Positions 39,512 to 49,589 are shown, counted from the stretch's first letter. The stretch is DNA of 64,000 nt from an uncultured Acidobacteriota bacterium (GCA_963764715.1 CAVXTP010000024.1:18743-82742), one strand, 5' to 3'. A program made the numbers and translations. The notes: a model not told the origin generated them from the letters alone.

Positions 39512-39704
39512 CTGTCACCTCCGTGGCTAAAAAAAGTCCTTTCGGACCAAAAGAAAGCGGGATCCCGAAAAGCCGAGGCCGGTGCGAGGCGAAGGAGGCA
39601 GAACCCGACCGCATACCCGTCCGGAACTGGCATTCCGGACGCCGAAGCCAAACCTGGAACACGTCGGTCGAAAACGCCGTTCTCTGTCTCCTGTGGAAGG
39701 CTGC

Positions 39705-39734
39705 ACCCTATCCCCGGCCGGGCGGGCCGGTCAA
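39705..39734 (-). promoter_or_regulatory. Sigma70-like promoter for the BNR-repeat gene
   Basis: TTGACC-N18-TAGGGT on the minus strand. Confidence 0.5.
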
Positions 39735-39838
39735 GGGGAGTCGTGAATTGCCAGGGTTCTGATGCATTCGCATCACGGTCCGGGCACCTGTTCCCTGCGA
39801 CAGTTGAACTCGATGACGATACAGGAGAGACTGAATCC

Positions 39839-39949
39839 ATGAGCAGCCTCGGGTACCTCGCGGCCGTGAACGTGGTGATCTGGGTTGGTCTCTTCTTCTA
39901 CCTCTGGCGCCTCGACCGGCGCCTGACCGAATCGGAGCGCAAACCATGA
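39839..39949 (+). CDS. ccmD: CcmD family protein
   Basis: MSSLGYLAAVNVVIWVGLFFYLWRLDRRLTESERKP; AGGAG RBS; ATGA overlap with ccmE. Confidence 0.85.
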   Translation: MSSLGYLAAVNVVIWVGLFFYLWRLDRRLTESERKP

Positions 39950-40359
39950 AGAAGGGCTACTGGATCGCCGCGGTGCTCACGCTCGCCTTCGTCGGCTTCG
40001 GCCTGACCGCCTTCCAGAAGACGCTGACCCCGTACCTGTCGTTCGACGAGGCCCGCAAGTCCTCCGGAGTCGTCCAGGTCATGGGCGGCCTCGACAAGCA
40101 GAGCGACCGCTACGACACCGGCCGCGAGGAGCTCTCGTTCGACCTCGTCGACCCCGCGGGCCACCGCATGCCGGTCACCTACCGTGGGACTCGTCCGGGC
40201 AACTTCAAGGACGCGATCTCGATCGTCGCGATCGGCCGCTTCCAGGACGGCCGGATCGAGGCCGAGAAGCTCCTCGTCAAGTGCCCGTCGAAGTACCAGG
40301 GAGCGGAAGTCGAGAAGGCCTACTCGGCGCAGCCCGCGGCTCCGGCGCAAAAGAGCTGA
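39946..40359 (+). CDS. ccmE: Heme chaperone CcmE, Cys variant (CPSKY)
   Basis: N-terminal TM, YLSFDEA, VTYRGTRPGNF, LLVKCPSKY. Confidence 0.92.
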   Translation: MKKGYWIAAVLTLAFVGFGLTAFQKTLTPYLSFDEARKSSGVVQVMGGLDKQSDRYDTGREELSFDLVDPAGHRMPVTYRGTRPGNFKDAISIVAIGRFQDGRIEAEKLLVKCPSKYQGAEVEKAYSAQPAAPAQKS

Positions 40360-42704
40360 TGTACATCTGGCCCGGGGTGGCGGCGATCTGGGGAGCCCTC
40401 TTTGCGGGGATCGCCTCGGCGTTCGTCTATTTCCTGGTGGACCGGGGCCGGAAGGAGCTCCTCCCGCTCGCGCGGACGACCTACGCGGCGTTTGCGACCT
40501 GCGTCGTCGTCGCGTCCGCGATCCTGATGACCCTGCTGCTGCAGCACCGGTTCGACGTCGCCTACGTCAACTCCTACTCGGCGACCGACCTGCCGCTCCA
40601 CTTCCTGATCTCGACGTTCTGGGCCGGCCAGGAGGGCTCCTTCCTGCTGTGGTGCTTCTGGGGCGCGATCATCGGGCTCTTCGTCTGGCGGAGCGCCAAG
40701 GAGCAGGAAGCGCCCGTGATGATCGTCTACCTCGCGACTTTCCTCGGCATCATCGCGATCCTGTGCAAGCAGAGCCCGTTCAAGCTGCTCCCGCCGCCGG
40801 TGCCGCAGGACGGCGTCGGCCTGAATCCGCTCCTCCAGGACCCGTGGATGGTCATCCATCCCCCCGTGATGTTCATCGGGTTCGCGTCCCTCTCGGTCCC
40901 GTTCTCCTTCGCGATCGCGGCGCTCTGGAAGAAGCGCTGGGACGGCTGGATCGCGCGGACGCTCCCGTGGGCGCTCCTGACCTTCCTGACCCTGGGAACC
41001 GCCATACTGATGGGCGGCTACTGGGCGTACAAGACGCTCGGCTGGGGCGGGTACTGGGGCTGGGACCCGGTCGAGAACACGAGCCTCGTCCCCTGGCTCT
41101 TCACCGCGGCTCTCGTCCACGGCATGTTCCTGCAGCGCGCGCGCAAGCGCCACCGCAAGGTCAACCTGATCCTCGCCTGCACGGCCTACGCGACGATCCT
41201 CTACGGCACGTTCCTCACGCGTTCGGGAGTCCTCGCGGACTTTTCCGTGCACTCGTTCATCGACCTCGGGATCACGGGCTGGCTCGTCGCGATCCTCGGG
41301 ACGTTCGTCGGCCTGTCGATCCTCATGATCGCCTGGCGGTGGCGGTCGATCCCCACGGCCTCCGACGAGGAAGGGTCGCTCCTTTCCCGCAGCGTGCTGT
41401 TCATCCTGGGAATCGCGGTCTTCTGCGCGCTCGGCCTCGTGATCCTCCTCGGAACGTCGGCCCCGATCCTGACGCGGCTCTCGGGCACTCCGTCGCAGGT
41501 CCAGACGTCCTTCTACGGCCGGACGACGTCGCCCGCGGGCTTCCTCCTCCTGCTGCTTTCGGCGCTCGTCCCGTTCGTGTCCTTCAAGGGCACGACCCTT
41601 CGCGAGCTCTTCAAGAGCTCGCTGCGATCCCTCGCGGTCGCCGCCGTGGTGATCGTCGCGGCCTTCGCCCTCGGGGCCCGGGGGACCGAGCCGCTCGTCC
41701 TCATCTTCACGGCGGCCTTCGCGGCCGACATGAACCTCCGCGCCGTCCTGCGCAAGGCCTCGAGCGGCAAGCTCGGCGGGGCCGGCGGCTACCTGGCCCA
41801 CGTCGGTGTCGGCATCATGCTGGCCGGCGTCGTCGTCTCGGGCGCCTACGCGAAAACCCAGAGGCTGACCCTGCGGGTCAACACGCCGACCAAGTCGGGC
41901 GACGCCACGCTGACGTACCTGCGGGTCGTGCCCGGAACCAGCCGCACCAAGCAGGCCATGGAGGTCCGGGTCGTCACGGCGGCCGGGAAGACCTTCTACG
42001 CCTATCCCAAGATGTACGAGAACAGCCGGACCGGCCAGCTCATGGTGAACCCCTCGATCAAGAGCTCCGCCGTGACCGACCTCTACATCGCTCCTCAGCA
42101 GTACGATCCGGGCCAGCCGGAGATGGTGGGCCGCGACGTCCGGCTGACGAAGGGAACGACCACCAACATCGACGGCACGGGCTTCACCTTCCGCGATTTC
42201 AACGCGGACCGGTCGGCCATGATGCGCGGCGAGAAGACGGTCCTCGTCCTGACCGACCTGACGATCACTCCGCCCGACGGCTCGCAGCACGACGTGACCC
42301 TCAAGTACGTCTTCCACCTGGACGGCGGCGAGACCGAAGCCGAAGCCGTGGCGATCCCGGGCTACGCCGACGCGAAGGCGCGGGTTCTCGCCGTCTCCCC
42401 CAACGACGGCGCCGTGATCATCCGGTTGAACGGCGTGTCGAAGAACCCGGCCGACGAGTTCTCCCCGGCGACGGTCGAATCCCTCTCGATCGAAGTGACG
42501 CGCAAGCCCCTCATCGCTCTCGTCTGGGGCGGCTTCTACGTCATGATGGCCGGCGGCCTCCTCGCCTTCATCAAGCGCGCGGGCGAAGCGCGCCGCGCCG
42601 TCGTCGAGGCCGGCCAGGCGATGGCGGAATCCCGTTCCGAGCCGCCCGTCGTCGGCGCGACGGGGCCCGCCCTGCCGGCCGTCACCCGCTCGCGCCTCGA
42701 GTAG
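40359..42704 (+). CDS. ccmF: Cytochrome c biogenesis heme lyase CcmF
   Basis: WAGQEGSFLLW, GLNPLLQ, HPP, WGGYWGWDPVEN, TRSG..SVHSF. Confidence 0.95.
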   Translation: MYIWPGVAAIWGALFAGIASAFVYFLVDRGRKELLPLARTTYAAFATCVVVASAILMTLLLQHRFDVAYVNSYSATDLPLHFLISTFWAGQEGSFLLWCFWGAIIGLFVWRSAKEQEAPVMIVYLATFLGIIAILCKQSPFKLLPPPVPQDGVGLNPLLQDPWMVIHPPVMFIGFASLSVPFSFAIAALWKKRWDGWIARTLPWALLTFLTLGTAILMGGYWAYKTLGWGGYWGWDPVENTSLVPWLFTAALVHGMFLQRARKRHRKVNLILACTAYATILYGTFLTRSGVLADFSVHSFIDLGITGWLVAILGTFVGLSILMIAWRWRSIPTASDEEGSLLSRSVLFILGIAVFCALGLVILLGTSAPILTRLSGTPSQVQTSFYGRTTSPAGFLLLLLSALVPFVSFKGTTLRELFKSSLRSLAVAAVVIVAAFALGARGTEPLVLIFTAAFAADMNLRAVLRKASSGKLGGAGGYLAHVGVGIMLAGVVVSGAYAKTQRLTLRVNTPTKSGDATLTYLRVVPGTSRTKQAMEVRVVTAAGKTFYAYPKMYENSRTGQLMVNPSIKSSAVTDLYIAPQQYDPGQPEMVGRDVRLTKGTTTNIDGTGFTFRDFNADRSAMMRGEKTVLVLTDLTITPPDGSQHDVTLKYVFHLDGGETEAEAVAIPGYADAKARVLAVSPNDGAVIIRLNGVSKNPADEFSPATVESLSIEVTRKPLIALVWGGFYVMMAGGLLAFIKRAGEARRAVVEAGQAMAESRSEPPVVGATGPALPAVTRSRLE

Positions 42705-42722
42705 GCCCCCCCCGGCCGTTCC

Positions 42723-43463
42723 TCAGGTCGGAGCGTCGACCTCGAGCTCCAGGCCGTCGTGCGCCGCGGTCACCGAGCAGCCCGGAGGCTTTTCGGCCGC
42801 GAGCTCCTCGAGGGCCTCGACGAGGGCCTTCTCCCCCATCTCGATCGGCCCCTTGCCGAAGTGGGAGAAGATGGCGCGCAGCACCCCGAAGCGCGAGAGC
42901 CAGCCGAGCTGCGCCCGGACGGTCGTGTGCCCGATGAGGACCCCGCTCGGGTGCCGGCGCACGAGCGAGCCGCGAAGGGTCGAGCCGTCGCCGATGTAGA
43001 GATCCGCTCCCCGCAGCGCCGCCTCCGGGTTCTCGAACGCCACGATGTCTCCCGAATAGACCACCGTCAGCCCGCCCGCCTCGATGCGGGCGCCGACGCA
43101 CGGGCAGCGCACCGAGTGGATCGCGGGGTGGGCGCTCAGGCGGAACGGGCCGATGTCGACGGGTTCCTCGGGCTCGAGCGTCACCCGGTGGGTCAGCGGC
43201 AGCTCGCGCAGGAGCTCGTGCGTCACGGCCGACGCGTGGACCGGCACGTCGGTGCCCTCCCAGAGTCCCCAGCCATGGTCCGGGTGCGCGTGCGAGACGA
43301 AGATCGCGTCGGGGCGGATCTTCGGGAGCATTCCCTTCCGGTTGTCGCCGAAGTCGCAGAGAAGGCGGAAGCCCTCCGCCTCCAGGACGAAGGCCGAGTG
43401 GCCCGCGTGCGCCTTCGAGGACTCCTCGACGTACGCCTTCGTGCCGTAAAACCGGATCTTCAC
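42723..43463 (-). CDS. MBL-fold metallo-hydrolase
   Basis: SHAHPDH, HSV, YSGD, GH, SHFG, AHDG. Confidence 0.88.
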   Translation of the reverse strand: MKIRFYGTKAYVEESSKAHAGHSAFVLEAEGFRLLCDFGDNRKGMLPKIRPDAIFVSHAHPDHGWGLWEGTDVPVHASAVTHELLRELPLTHRVTLEPEEPVDIGPFRLSAHPAIHSVRCPCVGARIEAGGLTVVYSGDIVAFENPEAALRGADLYIGDGSTLRGSLVRRHPSGVLIGHTTVRAQLGWLSRFGVLRAIFSHFGKGPIEMGEKALVEALEELAAEKPPGCSVTAAHDGLELEVDAPT

Positions 43464-43560
43464 CCGACGCAGTCTAGAAGCATTCCGGGATCCGAAGGTC
43501 CAGATTTTCCCAATCTCTCGGACCCATTGCCGAGCGCAAATCGTTTCCGCTCCTCGGAAA

Positions 43561-43706
43561 CATCCGCTCGCGGCGCGAGGAATCTCCGCGAGCGCAGCGG
43601 AGGACGCCTCGCGCCGCGGGAGCGAGCGCGGAGCGCAGGGTCAGGCCCGCGGTCGAGCCCACAGGCGAGCCGCGGGCCGGTGCGCCGTCAGGCGCAGACC
43701 CGGAGC
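43561..43706 (-). repeat. Copy 1 of a ~146-bp multi-hairpin intergenic repeat
   Basis: Aligns with the reverse complement of 49441-49589 (catccgctcgcggcgcg identical; gccggtgcgccg.caggcgcaga conserved). Confidence 0.8.
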
Positions 43707-43722
43707 TCCGCGCTCGCGACGG

Positions 43723-44898
43723 TCAAATTTCCCGCAACGCGGTCGTGATCTTGAGGCGGGCGGCGCGCATCGCGGGAAACCATCCACCGACGACGCCCAT
43801 CGCGAGGGCGAAGCCGAGGCCCCCGGCGATCAGCTGGGGCGTCATGCGGAAGTTGAACAGGACCTCGGAGAAGGTCCGGAAGTTCATCGTGCCCGTCGGC
43901 TTCGTCAGGAACAGGTTGAAGACGAGGAACGTGATGACGACGCCCAGGATGCCGCCCGCCAGGCAGAGCATCAGGGCCTCGATCACGAACGAGGCCAGGA
44001 TGGAGCGCCGGGAGAACCCGATCGCGCGCAGCGTCCCGATCTCGCGCGTCCGCGCCGAGACTTGGGCATACATCGTGTTCATCGCCCCGAAGGCGGCCCC
44101 GATCGCCGTGAAGATCCCGACGAGGAACGCCAGGGCCTTGATCGGGGCGCCCGTGATCATCTGCTCGTCGAAGTACTTCCGCTCGGTCTTGCCCTCGAGC
44201 TTGAGGCGCTGGTCGCCCTTGACCGTCTCGATGAAGCGGCTCGCCGAGTCGTCGTCGGGCAGGCGCACGAAGACCGTCGAGTAGATGTTGCGTTTGGTCT
44301 GCTGCTGCAGGTCGGTGACGTCGGTCCAGATCTCCGACTCGTAGGCGCTGCCCTGCGCGTCGAAGAGGCCCACGATGACCCACTGGAAGCTGCCCGACCG
44401 GAGCCTGTCCCCGACGTTCATGTGGGCGAAGCGCCGGGAGAGGTTGCGCGACACGATGGCCTCGTTGGTCGCCGGGTTGAACATTCGCCCGTCGACGATC
44501 CGCACGCCGGGCCGGATCTCGACGCCGATCGGAGCCATCCCCCGGACCTGGACGTTCGAGTTCGTCTTGCCGTCGTAACGCGGGACGTTGATCAGGGTCA
44601 GCAGCTCCGGCGAGACGTAGGGCTTGCCGGAAGCGTTTCGCTCGGGGCCAGGGAGGGCCTGGATCTGGTCCGCCTGCTCGCGAGTGATGACGCTCTGCAT
44701 CTCGGCCTGGGCGCCGACCCGCATGGCGAGCACGTTCCGGGTCGAGGCCGTCACCGACAGGGTCCGCGTCACGCCCTGGACCAGGGCGAGGACGCAGAGG
44801 AAGACGGCGACCACGAGTCCGATGACGAGCGCCGTCATTCCCGTCGACATCCGGCGCGCGACGAGGTTCCGGAGGTTGTACTTGAGGGGGATGGCCAT
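43723..44898 (-). CDS. MacB/FtsX-type ABC transporter permease
   Basis: YNLRNL, GAMNTMYAQVSARTREIGTLRAIGF, FPAMRAARL. Confidence 0.92.
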   Translation of the reverse strand: MAIPLKYNLRNLVARRMSTGMTALVIGLVVAVFLCVLALVQGVTRTLSVTASTRNVLAMRVGAQAEMQSVITREQADQIQALPGPERNASGKPYVSPELLTLINVPRYDGKTNSNVQVRGMAPIGVEIRPGVRIVDGRMFNPATNEAIVSRNLSRRFAHMNVGDRLRSGSFQWVIVGLFDAQGSAYESEIWTDVTDLQQQTKRNIYSTVFVRLPDDDSASRFIETVKGDQRLKLEGKTERKYFDEQMITGAPIKALAFLVGIFTAIGAAFGAMNTMYAQVSARTREIGTLRAIGFSRRSILASFVIEALMLCLAGGILGVVITFLVFNLFLTKPTGTMNFRTFSEVLFNFRMTPQLIAGGLGFALAMGVVGGWFPAMRAARLKITTALREI

Positions 44899-44900
44899 GG

Positions 44901-46067
44901 CTACACCACCCGCCGCAAGCCGTCGACGATGTTCAGCCGCGAGGACCGGATGGCCGGCACGAATCCCGCCAGGACTCCGACGCCGACGGAGACGGCGAAC
45001 GCGAGCAGCAGGGTCTGCGAACTGAGGCGGAAGTTCACGAGCCAGATGGAGATCGACGTCTTGTTCCCGACGGCGAGCAGCATCGGGATGAAGATGAACT
45101 TCGCGAGCAGGACGCCGAGGACCCCGCCGAGGAGAGCCATCAGGACCGACTCCGAAAGGATGAAGCCCAGGATGTGGCTGCGGCCGAAGCCGAGGGTCCG
45201 CATCACGGCCATCTCCGTGACCCGTTCGCGGGCCGACATCGCGACCGTGTTGGCGACGATCAACGTCACGGCGAAGAGGATGATGAGCGAGATGCCGTTG
45301 ATGAGGAACTTGACGTTGCCCATCATCTCCATGAACTGCAGCTGGAACTGCTTCTCGGTCAGGGTCTTCGTCGGCGCGTCGCTGTTCTCGAACATCTGGT
45401 CGATCGCGGCCGCGACCCGCGGCACGTCCTCGGACGTCGCGACCTTCAGGTAGTAGATGCCGGTGTACTTGTCGGCGCCGAACCACTTCGACTGGTTGAG
45501 GTACTCGTTGTGGAAGAAGATGTTCGTCTCGTCGCCGGCGTTGAACGGCCCGATGTAGACGAGGTCGAGGTTGATCGGAATGTAGGTGCCTCGCAGGATG
45601 ATGTGCTCGCCCTTCCTCCAGTGGAACTTGTCCGCGATCTTCTGGCCCGCGACGAATCCGTTGCGGGTCGCCTTCCACTCGTTCTTGACGGCCGGATCGA
45701 TCGTCGCGTCGTCGAAGACCTTGTCGAAATAGATCTCGGGGTCGCAGGAGAGCTGCCCGATCCAGTTCTCCGGCTTGTCGTCCTTGTAGACCCCGCCGAA
45801 CCAGATCTGCGGCGAGACCGCGACGACGCCCGGGATCTGCTCGATGCGCTGGCGCTGGGAGATCGGCAGGAAGTTGCCGAGCCCGGTCGCGTGCTGGACG
45901 ACGAGACGGTTCGCCCCGCGGCCGCCCGACGGGTCGGCCTGCATCGCCTGCAGGAGCGAGGTCAGGATCACGATGAGGACGAGGACGAGGACGATCGAGA
46001 ACGCCGTCAGTGTCGTGCGCAACTTCTTGCGGAAGACGTTCTTCCAGACCAGCCGGAAGTACTTCAT
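44901..46067 (-). CDS. MacB/FtsX-type ABC transporter permease
   Basis: [41 protein letters not shown]. Confidence 0.92.
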   Translation of the reverse strand: MKYFRLVWKNVFRKKLRTTLTAFSIVLVLVLIVILTSLLQAMQADPSGGRGANRLVVQHATGLGNFLPISQRQRIEQIPGVVAVSPQIWFGGVYKDDKPENWIGQLSCDPEIYFDKVFDDATIDPAVKNEWKATRNGFVAGQKIADKFHWRKGEHIILRGTYIPINLDLVYIGPFNAGDETNIFFHNEYLNQSKWFGADKYTGIYYLKVATSEDVPRVAAAIDQMFENSDAPTKTLTEKQFQLQFMEMMGNVKFLINGISLIILFAVTLIVANTVAMSARERVTEMAVMRTLGFGRSHILGFILSESVLMALLGGVLGVLLAKFIFIPMLLAVGNKTSISIWLVNFRLSSQTLLLAFAVSVGVGVLAGFVPAIRSSRLNIVDGLRRVV

Positions 46068-46777
46068 GCCTTCCTCCCCGCGCCGACCTCCGTCCGCTCG
46101 TCGGTGTGGAGGACGCCCTTGTCGAGGTGGACCATCCGGTGGGCCCGGGACGCGGCCTTGGGGTCGTGCGTGACCATGACGATCGTCTTGCCGAACTCCT
46201 CGTTGAGCCGCCGGAGGAGCTCGAGGATCTCGTCGCCCGACTTCGCGTCGAGGTCGCCCGTGGGCTCGTCGGCCACCAGGATCTTGGGGTCCGAGACGAT
46301 GGCGCGGGCGATCGCGACGCGCTGCTCCTGGCCGCCCGAGAGCTGCCGGGGGTAGTGGTCCATCCGGTCGGCGAGGCCGACGATCGAGAGGGCCGTCTCG
46401 ACGTGCTTCTTGCGCTCGGCCCGCTTCAGGGGCGTCAGGAGGAGCGGCAGCTCCACGTTCTCGAACGCGGAGAGCACGGGCAGGAGGTTGTAGAGCTGGA
46501 AGATGAACCCGACGGTGTGCGAGCGCCACTTCGCGAGCTCGGTCTGGCCGAGCGTCGCGATGTCGCGGCCGCCGATCACGATCCGGCCGCGGGTCGGCGA
46601 ATCGATGCCGGCGATGAGGTTCAGGAGCGTCGTCTTGCCCGAGCCCGACGGGCCCATCAGGGCGACGTACTCCCCTTCCGGAATGTCGAGGTCGAGTCCC
46701 ATGAGGACCGGGATCTCGATCTGGTCCCGGCGGTAGATCTTCTCGACCTTCTCGATGCGAATCAGCGCGTCGGCCAT
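46064..46777 (-). CDS. ABC transporter ATP-binding protein (LolD/MacB-type)
   Basis: [35 protein letters not shown]. Confidence 0.95.
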   Translation of the reverse strand: MADALIRIEKVEKIYRRDQIEIPVLMGLDLDIPEGEYVALMGPSGSGKTTLLNLIAGIDSPTRGRIVIGGRDIATLGQTELAKWRSHTVGFIFQLYNLLPVLSAFENVELPLLLTPLKRAERKKHVETALSIVGLADRMDHYPRQLSGGQEQRVAIARAIVSDPKILVADEPTGDLDAKSGDEILELLRRLNEEFGKTIVMVTHDPKAASRAHRMVHLDKGVLHTDERTEVGAGRKA

Positions 46778-46781
46778 TGCG

Positions 46782-47939
46782 TCACTCCTGTCCTTCCACG
46801 CGGACCCTGTCGCCGTCCCGGATCGCGAGCTCGCCGGCGCGCGCGATCAGTCGCTCGCCGCCCTGGAGCCCCTCCGTGATTTCCACCTGCCCCTGCACGT
46901 CGCCGCCGGCCGTCACGGGACTGAATTTCGCTCGGCCGTCGACGATCCGGAAGACCCCGGTCTTCCCGTCGACCGTCGTCAGCGCCCCCTTCGCCACCAC
47001 CACGCGCGACTTCGCCTGATGGCCCTGCGTCGGCTCGGCCGTGAAGCTGACGCGCGCCGAGAGGTCCGGCAGCACGCGGTCGTCGGCGTCGAGGAACGCC
47101 ACCTTCACCCGCACGGTGGCCTTCTGGCGGTCGGCCGCCGGCACGATCTGGCGCAGCCGCCCGTGGTACGTCTTGTCCGGAACGGCGTCGAGCGAGATCT
47201 CGGCCGGCTGGTCCTTCGCGAGCTTCGACAGGTTCGCCTCGTTGACGTCGGCGCCGACGTAGAGGGAGGAGAACTCGACGATGGTCGCGATCGCCCCTCC
47301 CGAGCCGCCGCCCGACGGGGAGGATCCGAACGGCGACACGGCCTCGCCCACGAACGCGCGCTTGGCCGTGATGACGCCGGTGAAGGGCGCGCGGATGATC
47401 GTGTAGTCGAGGAGCGCCTCGACGTAGCGCACGCGCGCCCGCGTGGCCGCCTCGGTGGCGACCGCGGCGTCGAGCGCCGACCGCGTCGAGAGCCCCTGGT
47501 CGAAGATCGCCTTCTGACGGGTGAGCTCCGCCTGGGCGTTGACCCAGTTGGCCTTCGCCTCGGCGAGCTGCGCGTCCAGGTCGGTCGAGTCGAGGCGCGC
47601 GACGATGTCTCCCTTCCGGACGCGGGTGCCCTCGGTCACGTTGAGCTCGGTGATGCGGGACGTGATCTTGGGCGAGAGGTCGGCCTTGCGCTCGGCCTCG
47701 ACGTAGCCCGTCGCCGTCAGGACGGTGGTGGCCTGTCCCTCGGTCACGACGGAAGCCGTGACGGTCTCGACCTTGCGGGGGCGCAGCCCCCGCCCGGCGA
47801 GGAAGTAGGCGGCGGCGCCCGCCGCGACGACGACGACGGCGCCGAGGAGGATCCAGCCCTTCGGCCCGCCGCGGCGCTCGGGCTCGCGGTGGATCCGCAG
47901 GGCGGAAAGGTCGTGGGGGCGCGGTGCTTCCTGGCTCAT
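46782..47939 (-). CDS. Efflux periplasmic adaptor subunit (MacA/HlyD family)
   Basis: TM anchor, [34 protein letters not shown]. Confidence 0.92.
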   Translation of the reverse strand: MSQEAPRPHDLSALRIHREPERRGGPKGWILLGAVVVVAAGAAAYFLAGRGLRPRKVETVTASVVTEGQATTVLTATGYVEAERKADLSPKITSRITELNVTEGTRVRKGDIVARLDSTDLDAQLAEAKANWVNAQAELTRQKAIFDQGLSTRSALDAAVATEAATRARVRYVEALLDYTIIRAPFTGVITAKRAFVGEAVSPFGSSPSGGGSGGAIATIVEFSSLYVGADVNEANLSKLAKDQPAEISLDAVPDKTYHGRLRQIVPAADRQKATVRVKVAFLDADDRVLPDLSARVSFTAEPTQGHQAKSRVVVAKGALTTVDGKTGVFRIVDGRAKFSPVTAGGDVQGQVEITEGLQGGERLIARAGELAIRDGDRVRVEGQE

Positions 47940-48095
47940 AGGATCAAATTGAGTCAGACATTCTATGCCGGGGACCTCCGGGAAGGGCGGCCGTATCTCC
48001 TTCAAATCAGGCCACGTTGGCGGCCGCCCGGCGTCCGCGCCCGCCCGGCGGGAGCGTCACCGCGTGATAATCTGGAAAGGTTGAGGAGGTGGGCC

Positions 48096-48794
48096 ATGCG
48101 GAACCGATTCGTCCTCTGCACCGCGCTCTTCGCGTCGGCCCTCGCCCTCGAGGCCCAGCAGAACATGTTTCGGATCGAGCTCGTCCCGACCGGGCGCATG
48201 GTTTCCCTCAACGAGCCGACCCTGGTCAACGGTTCCTACCTCTTCCAGGCCTGGCCCGACGGAGAAACCACGCGGCTCCCGCAAAACGTGGTCCGCAAGA
48301 TCAGCCGCATCACCGGCAAGTACGAAGACATGACGGTCTACCAGGTGATGTTCTACGGAGGGGGCTTCGCCCTCGCCCGCGACATTCCACTGGCCAAGAG
48401 CGGGATGTTCGTCTTCCACACGTGGCGTTCGAACACCCTCACGAGCGTCCGGAAGTCGGATGTCGAGAAGATCGGCACCCTGACGGGCGACCAGGCCTTC
48501 TGGGTGGAGCAGGGGCAGGCGGGCGAAGCCCTCATCGGCAACCTCGCCATGGAGGGGGGCGCCCAGGTCATCTCGATCGGCACTCCGCCGGGTGGCGGCT
48601 CGCAGGCCGGGCGCAACAGCACGAGCTCGCTCAACCAGGGCGCTCCCCAGGGAATCAGCGGCGCACCCCAGGGCAACTGGCTCTACCAGGGAACACCCGG
48701 CGTTTCGGACGCCTATTCGCCCGCGAACGCGAACATGTCGAACGGCGTCCCGACGATGCCGGCGGCGACCAACGGCAGCAGCCCGCCCCAGTAG
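48096..48794 (+). CDS. Secreted hypothetical protein with two ~50-aa repeats and a Gly/Pro/Ser tail
   Basis: GGAGGT RBS, signal peptide; paralogous to 48829..49422. Confidence 0.75.
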   Translation: MRNRFVLCTALFASALALEAQQNMFRIELVPTGRMVSLNEPTLVNGSYLFQAWPDGETTRLPQNVVRKISRITGKYEDMTVYQVMFYGGGFALARDIPLAKSGMFVFHTWRSNTLTSVRKSDVEKIGTLTGDQAFWVEQGQAGEALIGNLAMEGGAQVISIGTPPGGGSQAGRNSTSSLNQGAPQGISGAPQGNWLYQGTPGVSDAYSPANANMSNGVPTMPAATNGSSPPQ

Positions 48795-48828
48795 GCGAGG
48801 CGATTCCGGTTTCGAGAGGAGGCGGCCG

Positions 48829-49422
48829 ATGAAGAAGGTCCTGACCCTGATCGCGGCGCTCGCCCCGGTCGCCGCGCTGGCGCAGCAGGCGCCACCGCCG
48901 GCGTCACCGCCCGCCGCTCCGGCGGTCGTCTACCAGATCGACCTCGTGCCCACGGGCAAGATGATCTCGGCCGACGTGCCGCTCATCAAGGGCAACACCT
49001 ACCTCTTCCACGCCTACCCGTCCGGCACGCTCCAGAGCCTCCGGAAGGCCGACGTCGTGCGTGTCACGAAGGTCGCTCCCGCGACGGCGGCCCCGCCCGC
49101 CGAATCGCTCGTTCAGATCGGCAACCTGGCCATGCAGGGCGGAAGCGCCCAGGCCGGCCCGGCGAACGCCTCGACCGTCGGCGCCAAGAAAACCACCGGG
49201 CCCGAGCTCGGCAAGGGGTTCTACAGCGACCTCAAGTTCGGCCAATCGCTCGCTCCGGACGCCGCGGCGTCCGGCGACTATCAGATCGGCCGCAGCTATG
49301 CGGCGCCCCCGAGCTCGGGGGTCCAGTCCTCCCCCGGCGCTCCTCCGACGATGCCTTCGGCGACGAGCGGGACGAACCCGCCGACGATGTCTTCGGGGAG
49401 CGACGGGACGAACCCGCACTAG
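48829..49422 (+). CDS. Secreted hypothetical protein, paralog of the upstream gene
   Basis: GGAGG RBS, signal peptide, YQIDLVPTGKM, IGNLAMQGG, PTMPSATSG. Confidence 0.75.
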   Translation: MKKVLTLIAALAPVAALAQQAPPPASPPAAPAVVYQIDLVPTGKMISADVPLIKGNTYLFHAYPSGTLQSLRKADVVRVTKVAPATAAPPAESLVQIGNLAMQGGSAQAGPANASTVGAKKTTGPELGKGFYSDLKFGQSLAPDAAASGDYQIGRSYAAPPSSGVQSSPGAPPTMPSATSGTNPPTMSSGSDGTNPH

Positions 49423-49440
49423 GAGCCGTCGCCTCCGCTT

Positions 49441-49589
49441 GCTTCGGGCTCTGCGCCTGCGGCGCACCGGCGCGCGGCTCGCGGACGGCGCTCGACCGCG
49501 CGCCTGAGCCCTTCGCTGCGCTTCGGCTCCCGCGGCGCGGACCTCCTCCCTCGCTTCGCTCGGGAGACTATCCGCGCCGCGAGCGGATG
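49441..49589 (+). repeat. Copy 2 of the ~146-bp multi-hairpin intergenic repeat
   Basis: Homologous to 43561-43706 in inverted orientation. Confidence 0.8.

Noticed and set aside
39760-39775. FNR/CRP box upstream of ccmD
   Set aside because: Half-site spacing (tgat-N8-atca) does not fit TTGAT-N4-ATCAA or TGTGA-N6-TCACA; kept only as an unassigned palindrome.
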